Assembly: GCA_951406725.2 (NCBI GenBank)
Contig: OX597815.1
Location: 210,800,001 to 210,864,000, forward strand
DNA length: 64,000 bases
Direction: 5' to 3'
From: Octopus vulgaris
Lineage: Eukaryota
Below are positions 39,845 through 53,064 of the stretch, piece by piece (within the stretch, counting starts at the first letter, position 1; each line of letters begins with the position of its first letter). The notes under the pieces are model-generated. The model had not been told where the DNA came from and ran no database searches. It was given only the letters and a program-made list of their open reading frames with translations. A program made the position numbers and the translations under genes.

Positions 39845-41457
39845 ACTTTTATTACCTTCAAGGCATTCTCCATTTGAAGCAATGCATTGGTCCAGATGCG
39901 TTTTCCACTGTTCGAAGCAATCCTAGAACTCTTGCGAAATGATGCCTTTTAAGACCTCCGTCTCTCTCTTTTACTCTTTTACTTGTTTCAGTCATTTGAC
40001 TGTGGCCATGCTGGAGCACCGCCTTTAGTCGAGCAAATCGACCCCAGGACTTATTCTTTGTAAGCCTAGTACTTATTCTATCGGTCACTTTTGTCGAACC
40101 GCTAAGTTACGGGGACGTGAACACACCAGCATCGGTTGTCAAGTGATGTTGGGGGGACAAACACAAACATATAAACACACAAACACACACACGCATATAT
40201 ACATATATACGACCGGTCTCTTTCAGTTTCCGTCTACCAAATCCACTCACAAGGCTTTGGTTGGCCCGAGGCTATAGTAGAAGACACTTCTCCAAGGTGC
40301 CACGCAGTGGGACTGAACCCAGAACCATGTGGTCTGTAAGCAAGCTACTTACCACACAGCCACTCCTACTCCTACGTCGTTTTTGTCACCTTTTCCACAT
40401 CTGCAAAATGTTTTCCTTTAAGGATGTTTTTCATTCGAAAGAGCAAAAAAAAAAGTTGCAAGGATCAAGATAGGGTAAATCGGGTGGGTTAGGAAAGGGG
40501 GGTCATGCTATTTTTGGTCAAAAACTGTCTTACACACAAGGTGGTGTGTGAAGGTGCATTGTCGTGATTGAAACTAATCCGTTCCACTTTGCCACTGGTC
40601 GGGACGTTTTCCTCTGTCTCTGTCTCGCAAATGCTTCAGAACTGCCAAGTAAAATATCTGGTTAACAGTTTGACCAGGTAGAACAAATAATGTGTGGACT
40701 ATTCCTTTCGCATCGATGAAACAAATCAGCATCTTCTTGATATTGGACTTCATTTGATGCACTTTTGGAGGACGTGATAACATTGAATGTTTCTATTGAC
40801 TTCATTGATGCTTCGTTTCCCGGTCGTAGCCGTAGCACTAGGTTTCATCACCAGGTTCTGATCAACGTCCAACTCTTCCTTCAGTTCACCACACGCATTC
40901 AGTCGTGACTGCTTTTGATCTTCCGTGAGCAAGTGAGGCACAAATTTTGCTTCAATTCTTTTCATTCACAATTCGTCGCTCAAAATTCGTTCGGAGGAAC
41001 TCCAGAACACTCCAGTCATATCAACAAGTTCACCAATCGCTCTGCGAAGGACCTCCAATATCAGTTCATGAATTTTGACGTTTTCATTCGTTCGGGAGGT
41101 CGACGGTTGCCCTGAACGAAGTTGGTGAAAAACACTCGTGAGCTTGTTTTGCTCATAGCAGCGTCCTTGTAAGCTGTTTGAAGCATGAGAACTGCTTCGG
41201 CTTCCGTTTTCCACAGCAGAAAACAGAATTTCACAGAAGCACACTGTTATTTCGGTTCAGCCATTGCAAAATCGACGAACTGAGAGGAAGCACTACAAAA
41301 CAAGGGCGCACCACATGGCAGTACGACTGTAGCGGATGACGCCGGTCGGTGTAGTGTTGTCTGAGGTTCACATGAAATGGTTTGTAGCTGCGGAAACCTG
41401 AACTGCAACGAGCTTAGTCCACAGAGAACGTTTCCTCTTACTTTTGGCCACCCTCTC
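39845..41457 (-). mobile_element. Mariner transposon, near full length, pseudogenised, interrupted by a SINE
   Basis: RSGQPSTS, AKFVPHLLT, KMLICFIDAKGIVH, GQTVN..Y..VL..LR, HDNAPSHT, PYLDPCNFF (cf. YSPDLAPCDF), CFEQW..CIASNGECLEG; terminus GAGGGTGGCCAAAAGT at the right end. Confidence 0.92.
39963..40372 (-). mobile_element. SINE family A nested in the mariner
   Basis: Full reverse-complement copy; mariner coding sequence resumes on both sides. Confidence 0.92.
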
Positions 41458-41549
41458 CTTTGTGAGAATATATGCACGTATACAAGCACACCAAGGCACC
41501 AACATATAAATATATATCATATATATACATGTGTATACATATATACGTA

Positions 41550-41800
41550 GAGGCGCGTGGCTTAATGGTTAGGGTGTCAGAATCATGGTCGTAAGATTGT
41601 GGTTTCGACTCCTGGACCGGGTGACGCGTTGTGTTCTTGAGCAAAACACTTCATTTCACGTTCTTCCAGTCCACTCAACAGGCAAAAATGAATAACGCTG
41701 CGATGGACAGGCGTCCCGTCCAGTTGGGGAACACATACGCCATAGAAATCGGGAAACCAGGCCCATGAGTCTGGCTAGGCTTTAAAAGGGAGCATTTATA
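41550..41800 (+). mobile_element. tRNA-derived SINE sharing head/core with family C but with a different tail
   Basis: A box TGGCTTAATGG, B box TTTCGACTCC, core GTGTTCTTGAGCAAAACACTT, tail GCGATGGACAGGCGTCCCGTCCAG. Confidence 0.85.
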
Positions 41801-42749
41801 TTTATTTATACTATAATACATACACACGCATACACACACACACAGTGACACACACTGACAAACACATACACCTAATTGTTATGTATTTTTATGAGAACGA
41901 CTATGAGACTATCCTGAAATGAGTAAAAAATCATAACCTTTATAAATGACATATTTCTAATGACAGTTATCTGTAGTAATACATCAAAATAATTACCTTG
42001 TTTACCCTACCCCACGGAAAGAATAGGGAGTAAACTGGAGTATAACATATTGTTGGTTTTTTTTGTCTTATTTTGTAATATTCTTTTATTTGTTTCAGCC
42101 ATGTAGCTGCGGCCAGACTGGAGTACCATCAGGAGAAATATTTCTCAAGCGAAATGAAACCGCCGCAGTGAGCGCGCGGATTCCTAACGCAAGACCACTA
42201 ACCTTTTCACCTGTAACTTATCAAAATCACATATTTTAGTTGGAAGTCCGATTCTTTTTATAATTTACTATTAATACTTCTTGCCTATATTTTGAAATTG
42301 AAATACACCATGTAATTTAACAAAAAGCCTTCGACAATTAAATTTATACCACAAAACTCATAAACATATTTTCTTTTATGAAACACTTAAAATTATCTTT
42401 TTCAGCTTATAATACCTCTTTTCAAATATTTTAATAGAATTTACTTTGATTTGTTGTGCTAAAATTTGTTTGGTAATGTTTGTTGATGTTTTGTATTATT
42501 TTGATTTTATTTTATAAAACAAAATACAAAATACGGCTCTTTCATTTCTCATTGGATTTTAGTTTTCATCTTCAGAGAATTTATGTGTTTTCTACGTATT
42601 TTCTTTTTTCTGTGCATATATATTGTATAAAGTTCACTGGAAGTTTGTATATATATATATGTGTGTGTATGTGTGTATGTACGTATGTATATATATATGC
42701 ACTCTGTTCATAACGAAGAAAACAAGGATTATATGTGTGTTTATGTATA

Positions 42750-42937
42750 CATCATCATCATCATTGTTCGACCGTGGTCGAGACAATGGAATTTACCATG
42801 TTGCGCCAGACTTCACGGTCCATCATAGCATTACGGAGGTCCTGTTGCTGGATGCCTGTCAGGCATAGTATCTGGCTCAGCGTTGAGCGCCCATGTCTGA
42901 ATCCATTTTGGTTCTTTCGGAGCAAAGGTTCAACAAA
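42750..42937 (-). mobile_element. Internally deleted RTE-type LINE fragment with (GAT)n tail
   Basis: VEPLLRKNQNGFRHGRSTLSQIL (RT QxGFR motif) fused in frame to DLRNAMMDREVWR (C-terminus), then a stop and (TGA)n. Confidence 0.85.
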
Positions 42938-43435
42938 AAGGACAAGACGATTTATGTATACATATATAATCATATACATATATAATCATATTCATATATA
43001 TATATATATATATATGTATGTTTGCGTGTGTCTACCCTCACATATGAGTATGAGTCAACGTACAGTATTGTAGTCTTGGTTGTCCATATACATGCACACA
43101 CACACATACAATCACATATAGATAAAGCTGAATGTTTGTGTATGAGGCAATGATATACATATATTACTGTGTGTATGTGTGTCCATATGTGTGTCTATGT
43201 ATGTGTGTGTGTGTGCTTGTGTACACAAATATGTACATCCTTTTGTCATGTCTGTATCTGTCATGTCTGTATATGTGTCGTGTGTCGTGTGATTTATAAG
43301 TCTGCATGTATATATATATGCATGCGTATATATATATATATATATATATAAATACATATATATACATATATTTTCATATATATATATATACACATATATA
43401 TGTATGTATAAATGTATGTATATACGTGTGTATGT

Positions 43436-43489
<54 letters not shown>

Positions 43490-43939
43490 AGTAGTAGTAG
43501 TAGTAGAACGCTGCTGAAGAAGCCCATTTTCTCCTATACTAGGAAAAGTTATTGCATTACTATGATAATACTGTTACCATATTATAATTGAATTTTTAAA
43601 TAGATGTGTCTTGGCTATTGCAATCCTGTAGCCTTTTGAAAGCTTTTAAAAACCTATGCTGCTGTCAGAGACTGCTCTATAGAAGATTTTAAAATGTATA
43701 ATAGTATCATTAATACTTATTGTAATAATATACCTTTCTCTCCGACTGTCCTCAGTTTTTTTTTCCTTTGTTTTACTTAATTTTCCTTTCTCCTTCGCTC
43801 CTTTCGTATGTATATGTGTATATGTATGTATGCATACAAGCGCACTCATATAAATATATATATTTATGTGTGTGTGTGTGTGTGTGTATGTGTGTGTATG
43901 AATGCATACATACGTACTCATATATATATAGATAGACAG

Positions 43940-43971
<32 letters not shown>

Positions 43972-43972
43972 C

Positions 43973-44054
<82 letters not shown>

Positions 44055-44189
44055 TATATATATATATGCATATATATAAATGTGTGTGTGTGTGTGTGTC
44101 CCCAAAAATGGAGACGTATACCAGCTTCTCCAAGTGATCGTCATGAAAAGCTTTCTCGATATGAAGCCAATGGTAGCATTAATGAAGGA

Positions 44190-44502
44190 GGAGCACTCTG
44201 TCGGTTACGATGAGGACTGTCCCATCTGACACGATCAAGCGAACAGCTTGCTCGTGAAATTAACGTGCAAGTGGCTCAGCATTCCACGAACACGTATACC
44301 TTTAACGTAGTTCTCAAAGAGATTCTGCGTGACAAGGCTGGCCCTTTGAAATACAGTTACTACTCATTTTTGCCAGCTGAATGGACTGGAGCAACGTGAA
44401 ATAAAGTGTCTTGCTCAAGGACACAACGCGTCGTCAGGAATTGAAATAAAGGCCTTACGATCATCAGACAGATGCCCTAGCCACTAAGCCACAAGCTTTC
44501 AC
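44190..44502 (-). mobile_element. SINE family C copy
   Basis: Aligns with 22685-22980; head GTGGCTTAGTGGCTAGGGCA. Confidence 0.88.
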
Positions 44503-44544
44503 TGGTATCCTTAATGCACAAAAAAAGAATCATTATCCACCAAT

Positions 44545-44750
44545 GCGGTATTGAGCACTCATTCTCATTGTTCGATATTTACGTTCTGAGTTGAAATTCC
44601 GCCGAGGTCGACTTTGCCTTTCATCCTTTCGGGGTCGATTAAATAAGTACCAGTTATGCACTGGGGTCGATATAATCGACTTAATCCGTTTGTCTGTCCT
44701 TGTTTGTCCTCTCTGTGTTTAGCCCCTTGTGGCTAGTAAAGAAATAGATA
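44545..44750 (+). mobile_element. SINE family B body
   Basis: Near-identical to 26398-26565. Confidence 0.88.
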
Positions 44751-44812
44751 TTTACGTGTATGTATGTATGTATATATACATGTGTGTGCGTATGTGTATG
44801 TGAAACTGTGTC

Positions 44813-44852
<40 letters not shown>

Positions 44853-47800
44853 CGTAAGACTATATCTGAAGACTGAATTTTTCTTAGTTTAAACGAAGTG
44901 ACGAGATGCTGTAATGGAGTATTGTCGAAGACGTGTAAATCGCTAATTAGAAGACTGTACAATACATTCATGTTCGGGAGTATGAATATGTTTTATATAG
45001 AATGAATAGCTACGCTGATGTGTAGTTCATAACCCGGAAAAATATCTCCTCATTTCAGAGAACTTGAATGAGATACTATTTATTGAGATTTGAACTCTAC
45101 TCTCCCTAGTAGATACCGTTAAAAACTATATAAATAAAGAACCTGAACTGCTAAGTACCAATCAAAACATAAAGATTGTTGTGCTGTCAGTTTTTTGTGG
45201 GTTTTTTTTCTTTAATTTAGGCTTACCATAAACTCTGGATGCATGGAAATACCACTAATCGACCCTCCTTTTCTTATTTGTTTTTCGCTGATTCAATAGG
45301 ACTGTACGGTCACTCTGTAGTAGTGTTTCATAATCAATCATAAAATAGAACGAATTATTTTGCTTTAGGTCGAGAATAACCCTAATAGATCAGACCTAAT
45401 GGTCACGAAAAGATAGAAGGCAAAGCCGACCCCCGGTAGCTTTTGAACTCAGGAAGTAAAGTCGGAAGAAATGCCGCTAAGCATTTTCACCAGCACTGCA
45501 AAGATTCTGCTAGCTTGACTTCTAACTCGAATTTACAATATCGGTTTCAAATTTTGGCACAAACCCAGATATTTCGGGTGGTGACAAATCCTAATCTTAC
45601 TTCTCCCATAAATTTCGCAAAATATAACTCTTAAACTAAATTCATTTTACGATATTACATCTACTTATGCTATCTTCTACTTTAAAAACAGTACTAAATG
45701 AATTAGCTGTTAATTCTCGATTAATTCTTCAAAGGCATTTAAAGCAGTACTTTGCCCAACTACATGTTTTGTGAGCAAACAGTTTAGACTATTGTTTATC
45801 CACACTAAATGCAGTGAAGATTGTACTAACCCGAGGTTAATTATTCCTCATTGAATTTTACCAAAATTCACGCTCATTATCCAGCATGTTCAGTTTTCTT
45901 GGACCTTTTCCTGCACAATGCAGACACTTTATTAAGAAAAAACAGGTAATGATTATGTATAAGGCCTTTTTGTCTTTCCTATAAGTTAAAATATTTCTGC
46001 TCCTCAAACCACGTCCGTACTTAACCCACCTAAATCCCATCAATGGGCATGTTTCATTTTCTCATCATATTCTGTACTAAACCAGTTAACCAAACTATCT
46101 ACCTCGGAAAAATATTCACTCGTAATTCACAACTATCACTTGTTTCTCTTGAACTGCTAACTTAATCAGTTTCAAAGAAAATATCAAGTGAAAATCATAA
46201 CATCGAGTGAAAATCCTTAACGTCGTTTATTTATTATCTACTCGAAGATCTCCTACTAGGTCGTTCATTCAGATAGAATTAGCCGCCTAATTTCCATCAA
46301 AATTCACCCAACTATCTTAAAATGAAGACGCAATAGATAATTGATATTTGGGCACATAATACTATGAATAATTGTGATAGATAAATCGATACTCATAAGT
46401 AGAATGACGTGTGAACTTTATTAATCAACTGCATATAGGGTATACGGCTTCTCGAACAAACCTGAACTGAGGCTAAACAATAAGATCACCTATTTACCGT
46501 TTTCTTCTTTGTCTTGAAAAGACTGAACTAGATTTGTAAATTTCTATTCAGACTTTGAGATAATTGTTAACATTTCTAATTTTAATAAAACATCTTATTA
46601 TTAGAAATCATACAGACTTATTTTGGCTCCTTTCTGTCTGAATTATATACAATATTCATATTTCAAAATTTTAATGTCAGCTTATGTGTTAGAAAGTGAA
46701 TCATTGAAAAAGTCAGATTCTGCTTTCCAAACAAAAGTAGTCTAGCCAGAAGCAAGCATCGTTTTTCTTGTCTACTTTTAAATTTGTTTCATTATAGAGC
46801 ACTTTATTTGCTAAGAGACAATCAAAGTTTTATCCTTATCTTTAAAATCATATGATTTACTTTATTTTGTGCTTTCTTTTCCTAGAATTTGCGTAAGTTG
46901 TTTATAACTAACATTAGGAAAAGTCTTGATTGTAAATGTTATGATCAAATAGTACAATATCTTTTGATTTTAATTGACTAGACAGATTATATTTCTATTC
47001 ACATGAAATCAACAAATATTTTCATTATTTAATATTATGTCAAGATATATTATTACAGTTCTCTCACAACTATTTCAGTCTTAATTTCTTTCATCAACTC
47101 CTCCGCTTCATTTCATCAGAAGAGACATAATTCATTTTTAAATTAAACATAAGTTCTAAAGATGGTGAAGAAAGCGGTTGTATGAAATCCCTGCCTTTCC
47201 AATATGCTGTTTTGTTGTTTAACTCTTATCATGTCTAACTGAACTAACCCATGTTTAAAGGCAATGAAACCGGACTCATCCCTTCAAAAGCCCAGTTTTC
47301 TGTATTTCAATTATCTTTAATAAGGTAATGTAAAGCTTAGACACGAGTCGTCTCTCTTTATACAAAATATTGAATTGTAACATAATATGTTGCATGAAGT
47401 ATTTGAATATGGTTTCTATCATTACTTCTTACTGCAGATTATATAATAAGTCGAATATAGGCAACGCTTTAATGAGACATCAATTTGTCCATCGCAAACA
47501 ACAGTCAATATTCAAACCTAGATGAATTTCAAACTTTAGCACTCCTGAGTAAATAAAGCTATATTTCTTGAAACAACTGAATGATTTAAAGACTCAAGCT
47601 ACTCGAAAATTAAATGCTAATCGCATGAGATAGCAATATTCCAAGAGAGAGCACTGAATCTAATACAAGTGAATGATAGCATATCAAACACTTTATCTTT
47701 GTAAATAGAATTACGCTTGCAAAACTGAAAGTAGAAAGGAGCTAGTTCAGCAACTGTTTCCCATAAGTATTTTTCCGGTTTATTATTATTTCTTTTGTTA

Positions 47801-48166
47801 TGTTGGTGGTTGGAGTATTGAATTAACCCTCTGTAGAATGGCCTTCAAGAAGTGTATTTGTTTTGGTGGGTTGTATAAAATCGGATAAATACAATCAATT
47901 TTCGATTATTTCTTTCACTTTTACTCAAACTTGTGGCTTAAGCAGGGGATTTTTATGCCATATATTTTATGACTAACAATCACTCAGTACAAACTTAGAC
48001 GACAATTAAAGCATTAAAACCTTGCCGAACTGTTATTGCTATGCGAAGTGATTTACTAAACCATTTCAAAGCAAAGTTGTGATAATCACCAATGTTGCTC
48101 AGTTACCAAAATAATAGGAAAAGTTCAAAGTTCAACAGTAGATATGAAGTTACATATAGAGCATAA

Positions 48167-48938
48167 TCTCTCTATATAAAATTCTTTGTCTGTCATTTCC
48201 CAATACATTCTCAAACTGCTCCACCAGATCAAATATTAATACACCCCGTGTGTATGTGTCTGCGAGTGTGTGTGTGTTTGCGCATCTGTTACATAAATAT
48301 ATGCCTGTGTGTGTCAGTGTATAGCGTACGTGAGTGTATGTGCGATTGTAAATGATTGTGATGTAAACTGACTACGCGAAAGAGCTATGCTGGCTCCAAC
48401 TAATGAAATAGTTGATAAACTCAATCATGAACTTCAAAAGTTAACAGATACATCAGAAATGACATCAATTCGCACAAGTGTCGATCAAGGTCGGGTTGTT
48501 CAATACCCTGTTGAATTTCTGAACACAGTGGGATGCTACAGCATAACTTGACACTAAAGCTGAATGCTCCTATTATGTTGCTTAGAAATCTTGACCAATC
48601 TCGTTTGTGTAATGTAACTAGTGTAATTGTTACTTCCATCAAACCCCATGTCCTACAGGTAACAATTATAGCAGGTAATCACAAAGAAGATAATTTCTTT
48701 ATTTTAAAATTTCCTCTCATACCTACAGATGTTCCACTTCAATTTAAGAGGCTTCAGTTTCCATTTAAATTAAGTTATGGTATTTCAATTAAAAATTCTC
48801 ACGGTCATTGCGATTGGGATATTTTTTAATAAAATATATTTTGAAATAATTATGAAAATATACATACCTACATATTTATTGTTTACTAATCTGAATAAGA
48901 ACAACAGTAACCCGGGCAACACCGGGTAATTCAGCTAG
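48167..48938 (+). mobile_element. Internally deleted Helitron with both termini and a Pif1 helicase fragment
   Basis: A|TCTCTCTATATAAAA ... CCCGGGCAACACCGGG-TAATTCAG-CTAG|T; encodes ERAMLAPTN...YPVEFLN / HNLTLKLNAPIMLLRNLDQSRLCN...FKRLQFP (about 48372-48810). Confidence 0.93.
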
Positions 48939-49179
48939 TTATTTTATATATAAAATGTCATTGATCGGATGTAATATTTGGGACTGTATTTTACCTCTTA
49001 ACAGTTGTCAAAGTATTTAAGTCGAATTGCCACGAAGTCCCTTCATACCAAATTTCGCTAGCATAACATCAAACGTTTACACCATTTGCTGATTTAACTC
49101 TGAGCATATAACCAACTGTTACATTTCGTTGAATATATGCTGTAGTCAATAGCAAATTCTCAAGACAAAAAGTAACCTA

Positions 49180-51150
49180 ATCAAAGAAACTATCGTTGAA
49201 CCGAGTATCTTACCATGGAGATTTCAAGCTGTAATAACACAAAAATCTAAAATGAAAGCCACAAAACAAACAACGTATAGCAGTTGATGTATCAAAAACT
49301 GTCAACATGTATATTCTCGAAGGTTTACCTGTCTTTCATTGACGGGTAATTCCATCTATCATTCATATTTTAGCGAATTCGTTATGATGTTTGCCTATTA
49401 TCAACTACCAGAGGAGATTAAAGGCCGTTCTTACATTGCCTTTTGAGAGAATTGGATTAATATGCAAGACATTTTGTTGGGATTTATGAAAGCAATGGCA
49501 TGCTTACGTTGAGTGATGAACCAAATCATCTTAACAAATAATCCTAAGTCTTCCTAGGCATATTTAGATGATATATTTGTACGCAGTAACTCAATTTAAG
49601 ATCATTAGGAAAATTTAGAAACATTTCTGTCATTTATAAAATCTCTCAAAATAACTCTTTCTAATGAAACACGCCTTTTAGGGAAAACAAATATCAACTT
49701 CACCACTTATTGCATTCAAGGCTACAAAATAGTACCTGTTCCTAATAAAAGATTTTTGCTTTATTAATCAAGGTAATTTTATTAATTACATCTTTCTCTC
49801 TGCTTCTTAAAATGATCTTAAAAAACTTAATTGTTTGCTAGTTTACTATTGCAAATAGGTGGCTTGCTTTTCTGATAAATTGAAAAATAATTCTACATTT
49901 CCTATTTCAAAACCCGGTCAGTGCTCCAGAAAACTATTAAAATCGTTATATAAGATACCACCAGAAAACTATTAAAATCGTTATATAAAATATTTTCATC
50001 CATGCCCTCTCCTATTTGCAATCGTGGCCAACGTATTAGAACTTGCCTTGCCATAAGCATTTTCTCAAGGAGAGTGTCGTATTGCTTTTTTCTTTCCTTT
50101 CTGATTGTGAATATCTATATCCCATTGATAAGGAAGTTGCTCTGGCTAATGATTTAAATCAGAATAACTTCGTAATATCCAAACTACATTCTGGAGAGAC
50201 GATTTACTCTCGTTACAGGCTAAGAAAGTAATCGATTTGAAAGTGACAATGCTTTAAATAGACAATAAAAAATGACAGATTGTATGCTTGAGGATAAATT
50301 TTCTTTCGTAGTTTCTGATACTTTCTATCGATATGGAGATATATGTGATGTCTTGTCTAGAGTACATTGTTCTACTCAACCAGAATACAATCTTCTTTGA
50401 CGTTTTCAGGATTGATTGCATAATCGATGTGTTTGAAAATTTCTAAATTATTCGTAGATAATACATCATTCATTTTCTATTAAAGATATTCGTAACATAT
50501 GTTATTATTGGCGAACATACGTTCAACTAAAGCCTATTTTGCAATCCTACAGATCAACATCTCGCAAGGATCTTGGAGCCAGGGAATGCATACCATTCGG
50601 CGTTATCGGATCTAAATATTTATTATCTCAACACAAATATCTCTTAATGACAGCTGATGGATACTCATGTTATCACTTTGCTTTTCGTGCGTTGATATCA
50701 CGCCTCACATTGTCGCTCGATGTTTTTGAAGTACTGCTCTCTAGCTGGAACAGCCAGTGTTATATATTTTACTAAAAGAACTGTATTTGTCTCAATGCGT
50801 GTGCTAAAGCTTTAAACTAATAAGAAATTGTTCATAGCAAAACTATCCCCTATAACCCAGGAGACAATTAACAATAAAATTCGTATATTAACATATAATT
50901 CGTACTTGCTAAGCGATGCTGCTGAGACACCTCATAGCTGTTTGACTTTTTTTCTTTAGATACCGTCACTAATTGGTGTTTTACTCTTTCCCCTAATTTG
51001 TCCTACTTCTATCCATAGAAAAACAAAATATTTACGCACATGCAAGAGGGATCGGTTCGTAGAATATTCTGAGGTACTACAAAATAGTGTCAAATTTGCT
51101 TATGTTCGAAAAAGTAATGGAGCAATAGATTTTTAGGATTTGTTTTTTAC
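49180..51150 (+). mobile_element. Decayed Ty3/Gypsy pol (RT-RNase H-integrase)
   Basis: IVEPS.LPWR.Q, AYYQL, MNQII, AYLDDI, FSDK, KYLLMTADGYSCYHFAF (cf. VDEYSRFPFAF), PYNP, AYVR; Gypsy domain order; many stops. Confidence 0.85.
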
Positions 51151-52968
51151 TTGGCATCTCAAGGTGAACAGGTTAAATATTAGGGAAACAATTTACTACT
51201 TATGACTCAATACCACATTTCAATTGCGTTTCTTATTCATTCAATGATAACACTATTTTCAAGAGAGAGATTCTTTAATTAATAGTGATAGGGAAATTAT
51301 TTATAGAGTGCTGCTATGCATATCGTGCCTTTTGATGAACTTTGTTGTTCAAAGTGAACTATCAAATCACCGGAAATACTTAATTTATAGCAAAATTATT
51401 ATGTTAAATAATATTAGCGTAAAATCTAATTTCAGATTGGCGTGATAGTATTGCTTTAAACAGTTACTAATTTTACAGTTTCAAAGTTCATTGTTTTCTG
51501 AAGGGACAGTAAATATTGGGATTTCCCTTTTCTTTCATACAGTAATACAGCACGTAAGGGCAAGTTCGCTGTCTTACTTAAACCGGATATTAAGTTTAAA
51601 CAGCGTTTGTTATATAAAGTCTTGATATGCAGTCCCTATTATCATTATTTCTTACGACTGAGTACATGCATGACCACATTATACAATATACCATTTTAAA
51701 CTGTAATGTGTAATTCAATGGAAATATGGAAGCTATAACTTGTCGGTCGAGCGACAATGTAAAGAATCTGTCATCGGTTAATTTCGTACAGGTGTTCACA
51801 GATATGAATGAGGGAAACTTGCAAATATCAGAAATCAACACTGGATCGTAGAGTTGAAGTTTTCGTACGAGATATGCCTGTTGCAATTGTATATACAATG
51901 AATGAGTTTTGGAAGGTCGTTCTACATGTATGTTCGATATATGCAAAGCAGTAGCTAGTTATATCTATCGTTATTATGTGATTACTTGGTTTAAATGATG
52001 ATTGAAAGTCATTGTGCGGCTTAATATAAAGTGGTTAAATATGATTTTTTTAAAATATCAATCAAATGCTTCGTTCTTGGGTTGTTGGTCGGAATGCTTT
52101 TTGAAGTTAGTTGATGTCGGTTATTCAGTGCACATGACGTTTGCAAGCCTTTTCTAATGCAGTTGGCTGTGTTGGTGAGCATTGATGAAGAGAGTAAGCA
52201 GTTAGGTTAATGAAAACAAAAGAGCAAATGCAATATAGATATAACCAGCAAAGAGAGAAAATCACATATGTGTGTGTTAGAGGATGAAGGGTTGTTGAAA
52301 ATCGAATTTTTAACAATTTGTTAAAATATGCTAGTGAGAATGTAATTTCTTGGAGTAACATTACTGATTTAACTCAGCAACAACGAGAAATCGTTTGGTC
52401 AAGGGACACTGATTTATATCCAGTAACTAGTTTTAACGTTTTACCTGAAAATTTACAAATTAAATTTGTGTATATCCTGATCCTTATTGAAATACATTCA
52501 GATAAATCAATTAACACGCCCCAGGATTTGTAATTACGATTATGATTAACGTGAGTATTTTCTATATTTTTCTGAATTAGTTTGACACATAACATTTGTC
52601 TATATAATTATCATTTCCGAGTTTAAGAAACTCTATATCACTATAGACGAAGCGTATCTTCCCACGCAGCCATGTGTTTTTAGGCATTTTAATAGACGTC
52701 CAAATAGCAGTGTATTCTTACTGTCACAAATATTGAAATAGCATTCAGGGAAAAAGAAAAACGAATTTGAAGAGAATATTGAAGAAAGTAAACATAAACT
52801 TGTAGAAAAGAGAGTGAGCTAAAATGCTTTCTAACATTAAATCAACGTAAATTCTGACAGATAAAGCATAAAAGTTACAGGGTCTTCTCAAGAAAAATTT
52901 CCGACCACAGGAACAAATATTTTTCAGTGTTTGTGTTTTAGTCTTGATAAAGACTATAATTCAGTGAT

Positions 52969-52970
<2 letters not shown>

Positions 52971-53063
<93 letters not shown>
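52971..53063. repeat. (GATA)n microsatellite
   Basis: Directly visible. Confidence 0.98.

Positions 53064-53064
<1 letters not shown>

Noticed and set aside
49926-49988. 28-bp direct repeat as a TSD or regulatory pair
   Set aside because: Local slippage duplication inside the decayed Gypsy pol, with only 7 bp between copies.
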